Positions 1 to 15,000 of a DNA stretch of 64,000 bases are shown one piece after another. The stretch is taken from the NCBI GenBank assembly GCA_044221725.1, contig JBGAON010000003.1, positions 224,001-288,000 on the forward strand, in the 5' to 3' direction. Source of the stretch: Elusimicrobiota bacterium (GTDB taxonomy: Bacteria > Elusimicrobiota > Elusimicrobia > F11). Positions within the stretch are counted from its first letter, which is position 1; each line of letters begins with the position of its first letter. The notes beneath the pieces are model-generated. The model had not been told where the DNA came from, did no database searches, and worked only from the letters and a program-made list of their open reading frames with translations. The translations under genes and the position numbers were made by a program.

Positions 1-3000
1 GCGCCCAAATCGGCGGGAGCGACCGAATCGACCGTTGTTACGGGACTTCAACCGAATCAAACCTACTTTTTCGGAATAAAGGCCGTGGACGAGAACGGTC
101 ATGCCTCAGCGCTTAGCAACACACCCAGCGCCATGGCGGGTTTGTTTGAACTCGCGCAAGAATTGCCGGGGCTTCGCTACGGCGCTGCGGCGATGGGACG
201 CGTGTTCGATAACAACAATCAGTTTGTCGCGCTGGGATCGAGCGGGGCCGGCGTGGGCCAAGCGCTCGTTTATGGAATGACGAACGGCCAATTTGTTTTG
301 AAGCAAGATCTCAACAAGCAGCTTCTCTCCGGCACAGCAGCCTGGGGCGATTACAACGGTGACGGGAAATTGGATCTCGCGATCGGTGGAACCGAAAAGT
401 TTTTCTCATCCACACAAACGCGTCTGTATTTCTTCCGCAACAGCGGAACGCAACTCGTTGAAGACACGGCGCTCGCGCTTAGCTTTCAGCCGACGAGTCT
501 CGCGTGGCGCGACTACGATAACGACGGTGATCTTGATTTGCTCGTGAGCGGTCAGACGTCCGTGAGCACGAAATTCACGCGCGTGTACGAAAATCGCAAC
601 GGCACGTTTGTTCAAGTGTGGGAAAAACAAATCGCAGGAGCCGCGGCGTGGATCGATGAAGACAAAGACGGTTGGCCGGACATTTTGATTTCCGGAAACG
701 GATTCCAGGCGAACTCCAGCAAGACCTCCGTTTACAAAAACGTTCTTACCTCTCAGCCAACCGTGTATTTTTCGGAATCGCTTTCGACCGAAACCATTAG
801 CGCGACGCTCCAAGGCGCGGTGGCCGTTGGGGATGCGAATCGCGACGGAATGTCCGACATCGCGATGACGGGCACCGATCAGGCGGTGCCGTTGAAGATT
901 TTCCTAAACACATCGAACGGCTTTAGCGTGAACGCGCCGCTCGACCTCGGCATCAGTCTAAGTTCGGCCACCATGGCGTGGGCCGATTTGAATCACGATG
1001 GCTGGTCCGATCTTGTGGTGTCCGGTTTCGATGCAAACGTGAATCGCGCGCGTTTGCTTGTGTACCTGAACAACAACGGCGCGTTTGGCGTGCCGTTCGA
1101 GCCGCTCGGTGAGAATGCGTTTGCAGGCGGTCTCGCGCTCGGAAACGTGGACGGCGACGCCGACATCGATGTGGTGGCGTCTGGTGAAGCAGCCGGTGGC
1201 GCTGCGCGCCTCACGTATTTAAAAAATGTGTTGCTCGATCGCGGAGGGAGCACCAACGCGGCGCCCGGAACGATAACGACCTCCGCGCCGAACGTTAACG
1301 GCACGAATTTGATTCTTAACTGGAACATTCCGACCGATGATCACACGCTGAGCTCCGCGATAACGTACGGCGTGCGCGTGGCGACCATGCCGCTCGCAAC
1401 GGCAAATTCTTTCGTGAAGAGCTTCGTTGCCGCATCGCCGTTCGTCGGAAACGCCGATATCAATTCAGCGACCGTGCGCGTGAGGGATGGCCAGACGTAT
1501 TATTGGAGCGTGCGCGCGATCGACGGTTCGTTTGTCGAGGGACCGGAAGCGGTTGGTCAGTCAATCACAGTGAATGGCATTCCTCCGGGAAATATTTCGG
1601 ATCTCACGGCGACCACTGGCCTCCAAGCGAAGCTCAGTTGGACCGCGCCCGGCGCCGACGGAAATGCGGGCACAGCAACCTCGTACGATTTGCGTTATTG
1701 GCAAGACGGCGGCAGCTATGCGACCGGTACGCCCTATTCAATTCCGGCACCGAAGCCCGCCGGAACCGCGGAATCCGTCGGGATCAACGGACTTAAACCA
1801 AACGGTGTTTATTATTTCGCGCTGCGGGCGATTGACGATGGGGGGCTCGCATCGAGCGTCAGCAATATTTCGTCGGCCACCGCTTCGAGCTTTGGAATCG
1901 CCCAATCATTCTTCGGAAATGGCGTTGGTCTCGAGTCCGCCGGTTTGGCCGCGGGCGATGTGAACAACGACGGCAATCTCGACTTCGTGATGGTCGGTGC
2001 ATCGGGAACCGTGTCCCTCACGCGCGTGTACGAGTCGGATGGGAACGGTGGTTTCACGATCATCGACAAAGATAATCTTTCGAATAATTTTGTGGGGCTT
2101 CAAAACGCCGCGGTCGCTGTTGGTGACATGGACAATTCGTTTGGTTGGCTCGACTTCGCCATCGCCGGGCGCGGAACAAACGGCGAGTCGCTAAAAATTT
2201 ATCGGCAGGTAAGCGCGAATCAGTTCGCGAAAACGGATTTGGATCAATACGGTGTTGTTGATGGATCGTTGGCGTTCGGCGACGTTGACGGGGACGGCAA
2301 ACCGGATCTCGCGATCATGGGGCAGAACGCATCGGGCACGGTTTATCGTTTGCTGGTGCTTCGCAACAGCGGCACCGGTTTGGTCCACGATCCGAACTGG
2401 GACCTAAGCGCCAGTTCCGGTGTGGCCCAAGGACAAATCGCGCTGGCCGACATGGACAACGACGGAAAATTGGATCTTGTTGTGCTCGGTCGTCGCAACA
2501 CAGCGCCGTTCACTTCAAATCTGAGAATTTTCCCGAACACCGGAAATACGGCACAGCCATTTGCCGGCGGCATCAATGTCGAAGATATTAGTTTCTCGTA
2601 CGGAAGCATGGCCACTGGAGACGTCGACAACGATGGCGACCTGGACGTGATCGTCAATATTTCGGCGCAACCGCGGCTTTACAGAAACAAATTCTCTCAA
2701 ACGGGCGTGCTCGGTTTCGATATCAACAAACTCGGGTTGCCGTCCTTGCGTAACGGTCAAATCGCGTTCGCCGACTGGAACAACGACGGATTCCTGGACA
2801 TTGCGATGTCGGGCGTGTCGGGCAGCACGCGGAAGTTGATGGTGGTGCCACAATCCGTGGTGGGCGGACAAGCGTTTGGGTTCGACTTGGCTCAAGCCCA
2901 AGAAATTCTGGGGCCCAATCAAGGACTGGAAAATTCGTCTTTGATCTTTGGTGATTTCGACAACGATGGTGACGCCGATTTGCTCGTGACCGGAAAGGAC

Positions 3001-6000
3001 AACAGTTTCCCGGTGTCTCGCCAATTTTATTTGTTGAAAAATCTCGACATCGATTCGTCCATAAATCCGGGACGATCCAATCCGAAGCCGACGGCGCCCA
3101 ATTTGGCGAGCGTGGCTTACAATTACGATGGTTCCATCCTAAGAATTCGTTGGGACGCATCGAGCGATCAGAACGCAGCGGGAGCGTCATCGGCCGACTC
3201 TCTTTCGTACTCCATTGAAGTGAAGTCCGGCGATGGTTCGGCCACGTTCTTGTCCGGCGCGTACGGAACGCCGCTCTTCGGTGATTTCATTCGCCCGCAC
3301 AAAGTGGGGAACAAACTCGAATATCAAATGCGCGTGTTGCCGTTTGGTCAAACCAATTACAACGATCGTTCGGTTCGAATTCGCGCGATCGACACAAGCT
3401 TGCAAGCGGGGCCGTGGTCGTCCGTTTCCACGGTGGTCTTGAACAAAGTCAGCGCACCGCTTAACCCGCAGGGTGCGGCGAACAGCTTCGACAAAATCAC
3501 ATGGTCGTGGGATCCGCCGACGGTTACCGAAGGTTTGCTTGGTTACCGCGTCACGAAACTTGACGGCACTCCGGTGTCGCCAAACCTTCCTTCGGATGTG
3601 ACGTCGTGGCAAGAGTCGCAACTTCTTTCGAACACAAACTATTCCCGCCGCATCGAAGCGTTCAACGCCATCATGAGTTCCGCTTCCACGTCCGTTACCA
3701 CGAAAACATTGGACCGCGTGTTCGCCGGCGCGCCGGACGCGCCGACGAATCTTTCTGTCGCGTTGCCGACGGGTGCCACGATTTACGATCAGCTTGCCCT
3801 CGCATGGCAAGACGCGAGCCCATCGAGTCCCGATCGTCAGGCGGAAGGTTATAACGTCGAGCGTGCCACGGCGGCGACCGGGCCGTACACGCAAATAGCG
3901 ACGGTGATTCCCGCGGCGCTCACTTACGTGGATGGTGGCCTGACCGCAAACGCTTCTTATTATTACCGCGTGTTCGGTTTCAACGGCACCGGCGGTGGCG
4001 TCAGCAGCGCGTCCAGCGTGTCGGGCCGACGAACGCGGCAACAGAAACCGGTTACGCCGCTTTTCCAAAATGTTTATTCGAGCTCGATGACGATTCGCTG
4101 GAACACGGCGAACAGTGTCGGAACCCGTTTTGAAATATGGGTTTCGACGGACGCTGGTTTCTCGGAGTACGCGCCAACGATTGCGACGCAACTCACGAAC
4201 GCCCCGACCATGCAGGCCACCATTAACAATCTCACCGCGCTGACGACATTCTACGCACGAGTTCGCACGTTGAGCGACAGCAGCGATCTGCCGGCGGTTG
4301 ATGCCGATTTTGTTTTGGTGCCGGGCTTTGCGGTAACGCTCGCGCCGGTGATCACGCTCACGAAGCCCGCCCTTACATCGGTGGGCCCGCTTTTTGATCC
4401 GCAGCTGTATACGCAGTTGCAAGCAACGTGGACCGCTGTCACGAACGCGCTCGCTTACAGTTTGGAACGCAGCCTGACGCCCACAATCGGATTTTCTGTC
4501 GTCGCAACCGCGAACGCACCGGCGTTGACCGCGGTTGATCCGGGTCCGCTTTCGCCGGATAAGATCTATTACTACCGCGTGCGAGCAATCAATGGAGCGA
4601 ACGTGTCTCCGTATTCGGACGTTGTGAGCACCCGCACAAAATCGGCGCCCGTGGATGCGTGGTTGACGTACGACGTGAATATCTCGAGCCTCATCGCACG
4701 TTGGTCCCGCCACGGGAATCCGTCGTCGGTCTCGTATCAGTTGATCCGTTCCAGCCGCAATTTCACCGAGCCGCTGTTCACTTTGTTGCAAACATCCACC
4801 GACAACGCCACCATCAATTCGCTGACGCCGAACACCACCTACGCGTTCCGAATTCGGTCTGTGAACACAAACGGGATTCCTTCAACGTTGGACTACAGCG
4901 ATGTTCAAACGAAAACCGTGGTGACACTGGCGAAGATTCCGACACCACTGTCCTATCCGGCGGTTGGCGCGAATTTTGTGACGGCCGCCTGGGACGCCGG
5001 AAATCCAGCCAACCCGACAGGAACGGTTTATACGGTGCAGTTGGCGTTGGATGCCGGATTTACGAGCAGCGTCATTCAATCGACGACGGCGTTCACTCAA
5101 TTCACTTTCTCCAATCTTGCGAACGAAACTGTTTATTTCGGCCGAGTGAAAGCCACGAACCATGCGGGTATGGACACCGCGTGGGCTTTGCTGAACAGCA
5201 CGATGACGTTGTCGTCGGCGTATGAGATCAATCCGCCCACCAATCTCCTGCTTACCGTAATTTCGGCGCACGCGATGAATCTTGATTGGCAAGATAACTC
5301 CTCAAACGAAACAGCGTTTGCGATCGATCGAAGTCTAAACGGTTCGTTGTGGACGCTCGCCGCCACGTTGCCGGCCAACACACAAACCTATTTGGATCAA
5401 ACGGGGCTTTTGGCCGATACCTCCTATTATTACCGCGTGCGCGCGCTGAACGACGCCATCAGCTCGCAAGCCTCGAACGCACTGTTTGATGTGACACTCG
5501 CCGAGCCGCCGGCCTTCTTTACCGGCGGTCTCACGGTCACAACGACATCGCTCAACGCTGTGTGGGGGCCGGCCGGCAATCCGACGTCCACGCGTTACGA
5601 AGTGCGTTGGGCCAGCGCACCCTTCGCAAACTTTACGTTTGCTCCGCTCGTGACGAACACCGTTTACACGATCCCCAGTTTGCAAGTGAACACCACGTAT
5701 CAAGTTGACGTTCGCGCGTGGAATGGTGATGTCCCGTCCGTGCCAACCGCGTTCGTGAATCTCGGCACGCGCGCCACACTGGCCGTGTCTCCGAGCGCCA
5801 CGAGCATCACGCCGATTTACATCTCCAGTGTTGTCGCGAACTGCTCGCCGAACGAAAATCCGGCGGGCACGCGGTACGAGTTCGTCGCGTCGCTCAATTC
5901 CAATTTTTCGACCACCGATGCTTTCCTGAGCACGATGCCCGCTTCGAACGCTGTCGCGATCGACGGCTTGGCCGGGGGAACCACCTATTATTTCCGCATG

Positions 6001-9000
6001 CGAGCGATTAACCACGGTGGCGTTCCGACCAGTCCATGGGTGCTGTTTGGCACGCCGGATCTTGTTCGAACGAACGACGCTCCTATTTTGACGTCAACAT
6101 CACCCGCCAATCCTCATTTTGTTTTTGTGGCGAGCACCACTCTTAATTTGGCGTGGGACCCTACCAACAACGCCGATGATTATCGCCTGCGTCGCCGAAT
6201 GAACGGCGGATCGCCGGTGGAGTTTCTGACCGGAAGCGTTGCCACGAATTTTACCGATGGTCTTTCGTCGGTGCTTACGCCCAACGCGTCTTACAGTTAT
6301 CAGGTGACCGCGTTAAACGGCCCTTACAGCACGTTGCCGTCCGTCGAAATAACCACGGTCACGTTGGCCGCGATTCCTGGGGCGCTCCAAAGTTTGAGCG
6401 TGACGCCGACGAGTCTTATCGTCACGTGGGATCCCGCGAACAATTCTCAAGGGACCAAATACACGGTGCAGGTTGATCCGATCACGAACGGAACGCCGAG
6501 CACGACGTTCCGCGATGTCTTTTTGCCGAGCGCAACAATCAGCGGACTCACGCCGAACACGACCGTCGAAATTCGCGTGCAAGCGGTGAACATATTGGGA
6601 GCGCGCACATCGTTTGTGTTCGTGGTGTCAACGGTAACGCGTGCGAATCTGCCGATCAATGTCACGAACAACGTTTCGATCAACGTGGCGACCGTCACGT
6701 GGAACGCGAATTCAAACCCGACCGATACGCGTTACGAAATGAATGTGAGCGCTGGCGACACGATGAATCCGAACACGCAGATTTATTTCAACGTCTCGAC
6801 ATCCACGCGTGCGGTGTTGAACGGTTTGTCCGCGAATTCCACGTACACGTACACGATTACCTCGATCAATCGCGCGGGCGACCGAAACGCAAGCTTGCCG
6901 ATTACGTTTACGACGCAGCCATCGCCTGTGACCAGTGGATCGCTCACGGTATTCGTCACCTCGGCGACCGTGGACACGCTGACGGCCGGGTCCAATCCGC
7001 CCGACACCATTTACCGGTTTACCGCCCGCGATCTTTCGACGAATATTATTTCGCAAACGCAAAGTGCCTCGTTGCCGCTCACGATTCAAGGACTTCAATC
7101 GAACACGACGCACGCGTTCTCGCTGAACGCGATTGGTCGCACGGGATCCGTTTCAGCGGTGTACGCGTTCGCGAACCGAGCGACGCTCGCGAACGCACCA
7201 GGGGCGGGCGGTATTACGAACGTGGGAACGAATTTTGTGCAGAGCTCGTGGACCGCCAACGGCAATCCCGGTGGTACGATTTACGAATTGGAAGCGGTCC
7301 CGGTAGGCACGCAAACTGAAATTTTCGCGCCGCGCACCACTCAGCTGATCGCTCAAGTGTCGCCGCTCAATACGAACACGTCCTATGACATGTACGTGCG
7401 TGCCGTGAACCGCACCGGCATGCTGACCCCTTGGACGCTTTTGGGTACGACAACAACGCTGACGGCGAACGCCGTGGTGGGTGTACCGACGAACGTCGCG
7501 GTTCGTCCGCCGCTCGACCTTGTGACGACACCGGAACTCGATCTTTCGTGGTCAGCGCCCGTCGCGGTTCCAGGAGTTCCGGATCCGGTCGGTTATGATA
7601 TTTTCCGTGATAACAACGGCGTGCTCACGCAGATTGGTTCCGTTGCGGTCGCGGGGCCACTGACGTTTGTGGACACGGGATCGCCATCCGCGCCGATGCT
7701 TCCGAACTCTATTTATTCGTATCGCGTCGCGGCACGCAGCGCGGGCCAGAACCCGGTGCTCAATTTCTCGAATCTCGTTTCCTCGGCAACATACGCCGTG
7801 AAACCCACGGTGTCAGCGACGGTGTCATCGTCGACAATTACAACCGTTAAATTTTTCTGGGACGATAACGTTAACCCGAACACGCCAACGTATCGCGCGG
7901 AGCTTTCCGCGGACAACTTCCAGACGGTCCTCGCGCAACAAGCGGTTTCGCAAAAAACTGCAATATTTGTGGGGCTTCAACCGAACACATCCTATTACGC
8001 GCGCGTTCGCACGATCGGATTAATGAATATTGAAACTGCGAACACGGCGATCGGGATTCAAGTGACATTGGCGACGCGCGCGATCGCCGGTGTTCCGCCG
8101 TTCGGGACGGTCACATCGAATTCAATTCAGGCCAACTGGTCCAGCACGAATCCGTCGGAGACGAATTTCCTCGTTGAAACATCGTGGAGCAATGGCGTCG
8201 GCCCGTCGGTCACGACGTCGAACCCGAACACGGCAACGGTCGGATCGCTTTTCCCGAACACAAATTACACGGTCACCGTCACGGCGCTCAACCGCGTTGG
8301 TGTGCCATCGTTCCCTCCGACGTTGTTGGGTACCGTGAAAACTGGAGCAAGCGTCTTCATTTCTTCTCCAACGGATCTCATTGTTACGCGGCCCGCCGGT
8401 GGGGAAACCGATCGTTTGTTGTTGGCGTGGCAAGACAATTCCAGCGGCGCCGCCGAGGAAGATTCGTTTTCGATTTTCCGTTGGTCGGCGAACGAGTCCG
8501 TGACAGAAGTGGGGCAAGTGCCGGGCGTGGCGGGCGCTGGAAATCAGCTCACTTACACGTCCACAAATTTGTTGCCGAACAAAAATTATTTCTTCTTTGT
8601 CGTGGCGCGCAAAGGCGCCGAGTTGTCGTTGCCGTCCAATAATGCGAACGCTACGACCTGGGCCGCCGTGCCGCAATGGGCACCGGTTGCGCTGTCGCGC
8701 ACCGACAAATCGATCACGGCAACCTGGACCCCGGATACGAACCCACTCGGTACGCGTTATCGCCTCGAAGTTTCATCGGACAATTTTGCGACGCCGTTTG
8801 TGATTGCATCGAGCCAAACGGTTGGCTTTACGGCCACGATCAATGGGCTTTTGTCGAATGCGGTTTATTCGGTTCGCGTGTCAGCGATTGATCCGGTTCA
8901 AGGATCGTTCGCTATTCCGGTGTTGAGCACCAACACGCTGGCCGCCGTGCCGTTGCCGGTGCTCGTCGGCGACGCGTTTGAAGATTTTGTGAGTTCGATC

Positions 9001-12000
9001 ACGGCGCACTGGTTCTCGAATGAAAATGTAACTGACACGGCCTACACGCTAAAGGCGTATTCGGATGCTGCGCTTGCGAACCAAGCGGGATCGGTTGTCG
9101 TTAATCAAACGCAAGGAACGATTAACGGTCTCGCGGCCAACACGACGTATTGGTTCACCGTGAAAGCCGCGAACCGCGACGGCGGTTTCTCGCCAATTTT
9201 CAACCTGGGCCCGAGCGTCACGTTGCCGAGCGCGTTTTTGTTGTCCGCCACCCCTCCGGCGGATAACGTTTTGTGGCGTGGACGCAATGTGCCGGTCGGT
9301 AGTTCGTTTGCGTTCGCAACAGACGCGTTTGGCAATCCGTCGCACGCGGCGTATTTGCGGTATTTATGGATAAAAGATCAGCCGTCGTTCACGTGGCCTT
9401 CCGACGATAACCAGGACCTCGTTCCAAATATCTGGCGCGCTGGTGACGGCGACCGCGTGATCGTTGCGTCGGAGACCGGCGTGTATTACCTGCAGGTAAA
9501 AGCCTACAGCTGGGCGAACGAAGGAAATCCCGAAACGGAAAAATCGTATGGTCCGTTCAATGTCGATGTTGATACGCCGACGCCGAACCCCGAAGTGATC
9601 GCCAATGTGGTTCGCGCGACAAACGCGTTGACTTGGGTTGGCTCGGTGGCGAGCGATCCAACGCCGCCCACGGGAGCCGGCTTGGCGTCACAAGCGTATG
9701 GCTGGACGTTCGGTAACGGCGCAGAAAAATTCCAAACGGAAAGCTCTTCGGTGACCGCCGGATTGTCGGCGAACACGGCGTACACGATGGCGTTGCGAGC
9801 GCGCGACAACGCGGTGCCGGCAAATATCACTGAGCCGGCCGCGATAACCGCCGCCACGAGCCAAAATCTGCCGACCGGAATTGTGGCCAACGAAATTCAA
9901 ATGACGAGCGCGACATTTACGGTGCAAGGCACCTTCCCCAACGTGACGGTCGGGCGTTCTGGAATTCAGGTGAAGATGGTTTCGAATGGCAACGAAATAT
10001 TCTCGAGCACGGTTCAATCGACGGTCGTAACGGTGGAAGGTTTGCGCGGCAATGTGACGTACGATGTTTTCGCGCGTGCCTTCAATCAAGACGGTTTCCC
10101 GACGGATTGGACAACTCCGATTAGCACGACCACGCGCGGCACGCGGCCGGATATCACGGCCGACAAACCGCCGTATCCGCCGGCGGTGTACCCGGGTAAC
10201 ACGTTGGTTCGCTTCGCCGACAAAGGCGCGTTCCAACGCGGCGAAGTCGCCTACTACAAATTCCTCGTGACACCGTACAATTACGAGCCGGACTCGCTGA
10301 CGTTCTCGACCGGCGCCACGCGCGTGGACGCGGGATCGTGGGCGTATCTGTTTGTGCGCAGTCAGGTTTCGTACGTTCATATTCGTAGTTACGACGTATC
10401 GAACCGGTCCTTGCCCGGCGATTATTTGATGCTGGGCCCCTGGGTCATTGATGCCGATGCACCGCGCATTCTTGGTGTGTCGTCGGCCACCGTCACGGGC
10501 ACGACGAGCATGACGTTCACGATTGGTGAATCCGAAGATGTGGGGCTGGCCGGTTTCCCAGCAAATCCGTTTTCGTTTGATAACGGTGCCACGTGGGTTT
10601 CTCAAAATGTTTTGGTGCGCGAGGATTTAACAGCGAACACCTCGTACTTTGCGGACATTCTCGTACGGGATGCGGTGGGGAACGTTTCATCTCCGGCGAT
10701 TCATTTGGCCGCGTACACATTCCAGAATATTCCCACCGGTGTCACGGTGACGAGCCGTTCCGGAAATCACGTTGTGGTGGCGGCGCAAGGCGCATTCCCG
10801 AATGTGGAAACCGCACTTTCCGGATTGCAGTTTGACACGATGCCGCCCGGTCCGACCCAGCCGTGGTTGCAAGTAAATTCGGCCACGTTTTCGTTCCTGT
10901 CGTTTAATAGCTCGTATTCGGTGACCGCCAAAGCGCGCAACGCCGATGGAACCGAAACGGCGCTCAGCCCCGAAACTGTTGTGTGGACGTTGGCGAAACC
11001 GCCGCGCCTTGTCGCTGTGCAAGGCGTTGAACGCGAGTGGGCAAAAAATCCTCTGTTCAAATTCCGAGCGCTCGAACTTCCCGGTCTGTCCACGTACGAT
11101 CACTTCCGCATCGCATGGAGCACGAATCCGACCTACGCGTTCAATGGAACGCTCCGGGAACAGGATTGGGCGCCGCGCGCGTTAACGGACGAATTTGTTA
11201 CGACCGCGACGGTATCGGGTCGTTGGTATTTGCACTTTGTATCGGTGAATCGCACCGGTGACATAGCGTTCGCTGACCCGGCCGACCGACTTTCGTGGTT
11301 TGGATACGATGTGGAAGCGCCGTCCCCGAACCCGGCACAATTTGGAACACCGGTTCCGAGTTCCAATTTGATCACGTGGTTCGCGTCGAACGTGACGACG
11401 GACACGCTGTCCGGTTTGAACAGCTCTCCTTATATTTGGAATTTCATCGGCGGTGCGAACGGCGGCGATACGTTCACGGCGGATCCGAGCTCAACGACGT
11501 TCGCGCTCACACCAAACAAACTTTATACGCAAATGTTGCGTGTGCGCGATGCGCTGGGCAACACGGCCGATGCGGTGCAGCAATCCACCTACACGCTCGC
11601 CGCCACACCGAGCACGTTCAATTCGTTCCGCGTGTACAAAACATCGGTCACCGCGGAGTGGTTAACGAATCTAAATCCGGCCGGCACGATCTTTACGTCC
11701 CAGATTTCCGTCGATGGTGCGTTCGCGTCGGTGTTTGAGACCTCGCGCACGGTGGCGAACGCGGCCACGTTTGGAGCGGCACCGGCGCCCGGAGCGCTCA
11801 ACGCGAACACAACCTATTACGTGCGTGTGCGCGCCGAAAACTTTGCGAATATTCCGACCGCCTGGATCGTGCTTGGAACCGTGACCACGCGGCCCGACGC
11901 GCCGTCGGTCGTCGTATCAACGAACAGCGCGGCGCCGTACAACCCCGCGCTCATCGGTGGCGCGTTCGCGGTGGGAACAACATTTACCGGTGTGAGCGAG

Positions 12001-15000
12001 ATTCCTCTGGGGACGTCCATCGAATATTACCGCTGGGTGTGGGATAGAAATCCGACGTACGGATCCTTCTCCGGTCTCGAAGACCGCGTTGATGCGTCGC
12101 GACCGCTGATCAGCACCTCGCCGGCCGCCGGCGGCGATTACTATTTGCACGTCGGATCGTTCCATGGCGGAACAATACCGTTCGATGAAGTCATTCAGAG
12201 CGTGAACATTGGTCCGTTCCACGTATTTGGTCAAACCGGAAGCAATCCGGTCGCGCAGGCGGTGGAAATTTCCTCGACTAGTGTTCGGTGGCGCCAAAAT
12301 CACGCGAACGGTTCGAATTTCGTGGATGCGAATTGTGCGACGAGCGGTGGGTACTACGGATTCCAACTCGAATCGGGCACCACGTTTTGGACGTGCCCCG
12401 ATCCGGTGAATCCTTCGATTATCGATTACGTGACGACGGCGTTGATGCCGAACACGACCTACACGATGAACGCTTACTTGCGCGACAGTTTGGGGAATAT
12501 TACGGGGCCCGCTTCCGCCACTGCCGCAACGTTGCAAACAACACCAACCGGGGTGACCGCTTCCAATATTTGGACGTCGAGTATGTCGCTCACGGCGCAG
12601 GGAAATTTCTTTAACACGGGCGCCGGCACCGGAGAATTTCAATTTACGATCGCGCGCGGACTTTCGGTGATTCAGTCGCCGTGGTTGCCGACACCTTCCT
12701 GGAATGTGCCGGGCGGCACATTGGAAGCAAACTCCCGTTACAGCGTGACCGTCAAAGCGCGCAATCGCACCGGGAACGAAACCAACACCTCCGCTCCTAT
12801 TATTGTGGTGACGCTGGCCGAAATTCCGGACGCCCAAAAAGTGCGACCGGCGCTCGATGCGGACGGAAACCCGTTGTTTGTTGCTGGCGGTTATTATCCG
12901 CTCGGAACGAATTTTACTTTCGTGAACAATGCCGGCTGGGCGAGCCCCGAAGGCAAAGTTCAGTATTACCAAGTGATCGCGGACACGAATCCCACCGTTG
13001 CAGATCTCAACCTATTCAATAATTCCAACATCACGACGCGCTGGGACAGCGTCGACTATTCCACGCGGCCCACGGTTTCTGGCAGTTATTACGTGCACGT
13101 CCGTTCGTATAACAGTGCCAATGTTGGCGGTCCGGTTTATAACTTCGGTTTCTTGTCGCTCGATGGAATCGCTCCGACGCCGAACCCGATGCAGCTGGAT
13201 CACGTGGACGTGTACACGACGAGCGTGACGTGGGTCGCTGCGGCCGCACAAGATGAAGTGGGCGGTTCTGGGCTCTCGGCGTCGCCGTACAATTTCGATT
13301 ATCCGAACGATGTTTGGCGCACGTCGCCGTCCTTCACGAGCAATCTGAACCTTTTAAATTTGCCAATCGATCCGAACACGCAAGTGTCCATCAACTTGGC
13401 CGCGCGTGATAACGCCGGCAATGCGACCACGCCGCTATTCGCTTCGACATTCACATACGCGGTGCGCCCGCAACTCGTGGGAGGCGTCAGTATCTTCACC
13501 TCGTCGGCCACGCTGACATGGGACGGTTTGCGAAATTCGAGCTTCACCGTCTATCAGATGGGCGCTTCGCAATCGGCCGATATGTCGAACGCCACGATTC
13601 AAACAATCGGCACGAACGTGAGCTCTGGCACGATCACCGGCCTGCAAGCGGCGACGGCGTATTACATTGGCGTGCGCGCCGTGAATTTCTATGGACACGC
13701 GACCGAATGGCGCGTGGCGCAAGCGGGCATGACCGACGACACGATTCTTCCACCGGCGATCACATCGCTCAACCTGTTCGACACAAAGGCCGACATGACA
13801 TGGGTTTCGTTAAGCCCAGCGGGTTCGACGTTTGAGGTTTTGTCGAACACAGGCACGATACTTGACACGACCCCGGCCCCTCAGAATATTGGCTCTGTGC
13901 TCACGTACCGGTTCCAGCCGCTCACGGCCAACACAACGTACACGTTCGGCGTGCGCGCGCACACGCCGAACAATTTGATCAGTGTTTACAGTTCGTCCGT
14001 TGGTGTGACGCTCGCGACCGCTCCGGTGAACGGATCGTTGACGATTTTTGTCTCCTCGGCGTCCGCATCGTGGACCGAAGGACCGAATTTGATTCCTGGT
14101 GAAACGCTCTATGAGCTGCGCGCGTCGCTCGCGAGCACGCTGGATCAGCCGGCCGACAAAAAAGTTTTTGTTCGCGGAACGAGTGGAATGGTGACGGGCC
14201 TCTCGCCCGACACTTCCTATTATTTCGCGGTGCGCGCGATCAATCACGCTGGCGTGCCAACCGCGTGGCTGAATTTGGGATTTGCTCCGACACCGGTGTC
14301 GCCGCCGGTCGCACCGTTTAGTTACACGGGCCTCACGCCGTCCGCCGTGAACGTTGGTTGGGGCGACGGTGGAAATCCGGCCACGGTTCATTATGTTATC
14401 CAACGTTCGCGCGACAATTTCCAAACCGTGGACGACTCTTCCGACACGTTCGTGACGCCATGGGCCAACACGGGTCTCATGTTTAATACCACGTATTATT
14501 TCCGCGGAAAATCGATCGGTCGCTTGTCGTCGACGAATTTCGTGAGTTTCGGTTCGGTCGTCACGTTGGCAACCGCGCCGGTGCCGGGCACGCTCACGCC
14601 GTTTGTGAATCGAATTGATGTGACGTGGACATCCAACAACAATCCGGCGGGAACCGTTTATTTTGCCGAAGCATCGGAGACGCCGAGCTTCACGTCGGGG
14701 CTCCGAAGCTCGAGCACCACCGGCTTGCAAACCACCATTGAAGGCTTGGCCCCCGACACGACCTATTATGTTCGCGTGACCGCCGTCAACTTTGCTGGCG
14801 CAGCAACAACACCGTCGGTATTTGGTGCGCCCACAGCAACTCTTGCGTACACGCCGGTACAGCCGTCACTGCTCGCGAAATGGACCGCTGGCGCCCTGAA
14901 AAACAATGTGATTGTCACGATCAGCGCCGGCGATTTGAATCCGATCCAAACGCTCTACGCGATTTACAACGCCAACGCGAACGTTTATTTGTCCGGCGAT

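Noticed and set aside
85..87. ORF-track start of the first giant gene
   Set aside because: The frame is open from base 1 and encodes the preceding part of an FN3 domain, so the real start is upstream of the window.
3187..4791. 534-aa antisense ORF and many similar shadow ORFs (e.g. 11917..12972, 13810..14730, 19797..21032, 59669..61069)
   Set aside because: They are Arg-rich, lack motifs and lie opposite well-supported genes, as expected from codon bias in GC-rich DNA.
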